Source of the DNA: Parasitella parasitica NRRL 2501
Taxonomy: Eukaryota > Fungi > Mucoromycota
Length of the DNA: 64,000 nt
Assembly (NCBI GenBank): GCA_025201805.1
Contig: MU619261.1
Location: forward strand, 208,445-272,444
Reading direction: 5' to 3'
Each line of letters starts with the position of its first letter. Within the stretch, counting starts at the first letter, position 1. The notes beneath the pieces were generated by a model. That model saw nothing but the letters and a program-made list of their open reading frames with translations. It ran no database searches and was not told where the DNA came from. Both the position numbers and the translations under genes were made by a program. Below, in pieces: positions 61,373 through 64,000 of the stretch.

Positions 61373-62967
61373 ATGTCTTTTCAACGCACCCGGACGGACA
61401 AACAAGCTAGGAACGAGGCACAGCCTGATACAGGTTCCAATGATGTTGAAGAGCTATCAATTAGTGAAAGCCTTTTAGGAGACGTTCACATCGATTTCGG
61501 ACAAGACGACCAAGATCCGGTATTTGATGAGGCCTTGTTGCAATATTTGGATCAACTTCCTATCGCTCCACCTCCTACTGAAGCCAAATACAGTCCCACT
61601 TTTGTTGAAATGGTGTTGAGAGATATACAAACCTTCAAAGAGGAAGCAAGCATTTATGCAGATAGAGGGTCTTTAGTTGACTTTGAAAAGATGGCTTCAG
61701 ACTATGCGAGTGTGAACGATGAATATACGGTTGAACAACCGAGACGCCAGCAAGAACAAGAGCCCAATGATGAACGTGAAGCTGGTTTCCCATTTGCCTA
61801 TAACGAATGTCTGCAGTTTCCATTTTCAGAACAAGCATCTTCCGAGTACTCGGCCGGACTCTTTGATCCAGTAGCCTTTTACAATGACCAGCAAGATATC
61901 AACCATACAAATGAGAGCCTCCACTCAATGGTAGACGTGAATGGAGGAGGCTTGCAACTCGCATCCACCAATCAATTACCTGCAGACTATTTCGATCTTT
62001 TAGCTTCTCTGGATGATCAGCAGCAACAAAACCAATTACTTTATGACAAGCAGCAAAGTAATTTTTACAATCTGTTGTTTGAAGACAATTCAAAGGACTT
62101 TTCGTCATGGCTCTGCTTTGAGGATGACAGTGAGGTAACACGATTCAAGGTATATTATGCGTATAGATTTGACTGATATTAAATTACTAATATATACCAA
62201 AGAATGGCGTGGATCCTTTACTTGCCAGTTCTCATCAAGAATCCGTTATGGGATGCTCCTTCTTTCCCGAGTATCCTCTCGAACTAGCAAACCTGATAGA
62301 TGACGATCGTACTGCTGCTCGTGCCCTTCACGATGAAACCCACCCAAATCCACCTGTTGACACTTTTAAGGATAATCAGAAAATTGAAGAATTTTTAACT
62401 CAAATGGAGCGCACCATTGATCAAAAGATCAAAAATGTCAACAACAACAACAACAACAACAACATTAACAATAACAACGATATCTGCAAGACTGTACACT
62501 CGGAGCTACTTTCAAATAACAGCGTACCATCGCGTATTCCCCCTTTTCCACAACAGCAGCATCACCGAAAACAAAGCATAAAAAAAGAGACAAGTCGCAA
62601 ACCTATTCCAGCTGTGCATATCTCAAAAGCCGACTTTATGTCTACCGAGGCTCTTGCTGCAACTACTGCATTGCAAAAAAAGCGATCCTCTTTGCATGAT
62701 GACGATGATAATCCGGAATATGGCGCCAGTTTTTCAGATTATATCATTGGCACCAGCACGCCTATTAAAACAAACAGACACCTTCCCCCTGTTTCCAGCA
62801 GCAAAGTACTTTCGGATGTTGACAACCAACAAGAAGTCGGCAGTTCTCTGTATTTTAATACGCGGAGTCGAAGTCGTAGAAGCGAAAGCACTGTTAACAG
62901 CAGCAAAAAACAAGGCAAGACCGAGACCGCAAAGCCTACTTTTAACTTGACAAGGAAACGCCATTAA
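61373..62967 (+). CDS. Hypothetical acidic, low-complexity protein (2 exons)
   Basis: Two long ORFs joined in phase 0 by an intron ending at 62202. Acidic N-terminal half and basic C-terminus. No recognised domain. Confidence 0.65.
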
Positions 62968-63116
62968 CGATACCAACAATAAAGCCATCGATACATATTG
63001 AATAAAAGTGTAGTTTTATTATGCTGTTATTTTTTTTTGCGGTATTATATAAATATATTATGTACATTTGTAACAAAAATAAGTCTAGATTCTGCTGTAA
63101 AACTGCACCAGCAGCT

Positions 63117-64000
63117 TTAATTCAACCTCCAATTAACAATAGATTCATTCAACCCACAATATTCCGGGCCAGTTACATCATCTATGGCGACATGGTTAGA
63201 CAAATGCTATTGTATACGAGACAGCGTAATTTTACCCGAGCTATATATTGAACCGGATAGGCCATATGTTTCTACCAGATAATCCCACAAAAAGGGGGAA
63301 ACAATCGAGAACCCTCCTTTGAAGTTACCGCGTGGTCTTGAATTGGGATTCAACTTGCCCTCCCTTTCAGGATCATCCAATTCATGGTTGGCAATCGGCC
63401 CTGTTCCGATTTTACCATCACATAAGCGTAAAAACCACGAAATCAACCAAATTCTCTCGATGAAATAGTACTTTTTACCATCAGAAACGACCGACGCTCG
63501 GTCTGCGTGTTCCGCATAGAGCTGCCTTTCGTCCATACATTGTGTTCTCCTCGCCATAGCCAGCTTACCTTTTTCGCTATCACGAGTGAGTGTCTTCAAA
63601 AGTGAATCGACATAGAGTGCTTCACTAGAGTCGCCACGAGTTTCGCCGAGCAATCTCTTACAGTCAAAACAGTACATTTGCAACACATTCATACGGAACA
63701 AAATGCCATGGCCTTTGGCAGATTTATGGTAGCTATAAGCACAATCCTTACAGCGATTTCTGACATTTCCCTTCCAGATATACAGACAAAGGCCAGTGTC
63801 TTTACAATTCGCTCCACAGACGGTGCAGTTCAAGTTTTTTTCCAGCCAATTCAATACCTGCTGGTATTTTGTGACATAAGGCGCCAAGGTCGTACCAGTT
63901 ACATGGCATACATGAGGACACATTTTGCAGTTTTGAGGGTCGGCGGATTTGCGAGAGTACATATCTTTCCAGTCCTCGGTGGGGAGTTTGTAGGTGATGC
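63117..64000 (-). CDS. Partial gene (5' end outside window): Cys/His-rich zf-UBP-like region plus C-terminal DUSP domain
   Basis: CPHVC...CTVCG...C.DCA..YH....HGI.......MYCFDC, then YYFIERIWLISW...GPIANHEL...FSIVSPFLWDYLVETYG (DUSP). Short last exon ends at 63117. Confidence 0.7.

Noticed and set aside
1-64000. tRNA, rRNA or snRNA genes
   Set aside because: No cloverleaf, A/B-box or rRNA-like sequence was recognised by eye. tRNAscan-SE or Infernal would be needed to exclude them.

Overview
AT-rich, gene-dense eukaryotic DNA with many short (~50-70 nt) GT-AG introns. Gene content and style suggest an early-diverging fungus, most likely Mucorales (inference). It is a draft assembly with five short N gaps, most next to homopolymers. 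About 25 protein-coding loci can be built by hand: MDM31, REV7, a solo Gag-like ORF, a Sec7-PH Arf-GEF, MGS1/WRNIP1, a cytochrome P450, HSP20, mitochondrial bL36, TRM734/WDR6, ValRS, a COQ11-like SDR, a RasGEF, a USP-domain protein, SFP1, a Gti1/Pac2 factor, two related secreted Kex2-site proteins, a C2H2 factor, Mpv17/SYM1, ODC antizyme, a truncated RecQ-like protein and a partial Zn-finger/DUSP gene. Repeats include a LINE remnant, a Tc1/mariner-type MITE and two dispersed repeat families. The strongest candidates for new biology are: (1) a two-gene locus for Kex2-processed repeat peptides sharing a GLPLVxDLLGG motif; (2) an antizyme whose ORF1 ends in an AUGA stop/start overlap one base out of register with a +1-type CCU-UGA site; (3) a RecQ paralog with degenerate ATPase motifs that keeps a BLM/Sgs1-like N-terminus; (4) an intact LTR-less Gag-like gene head-to-head with REV7. 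Exon boundaries were read by eye and no database searches were run.
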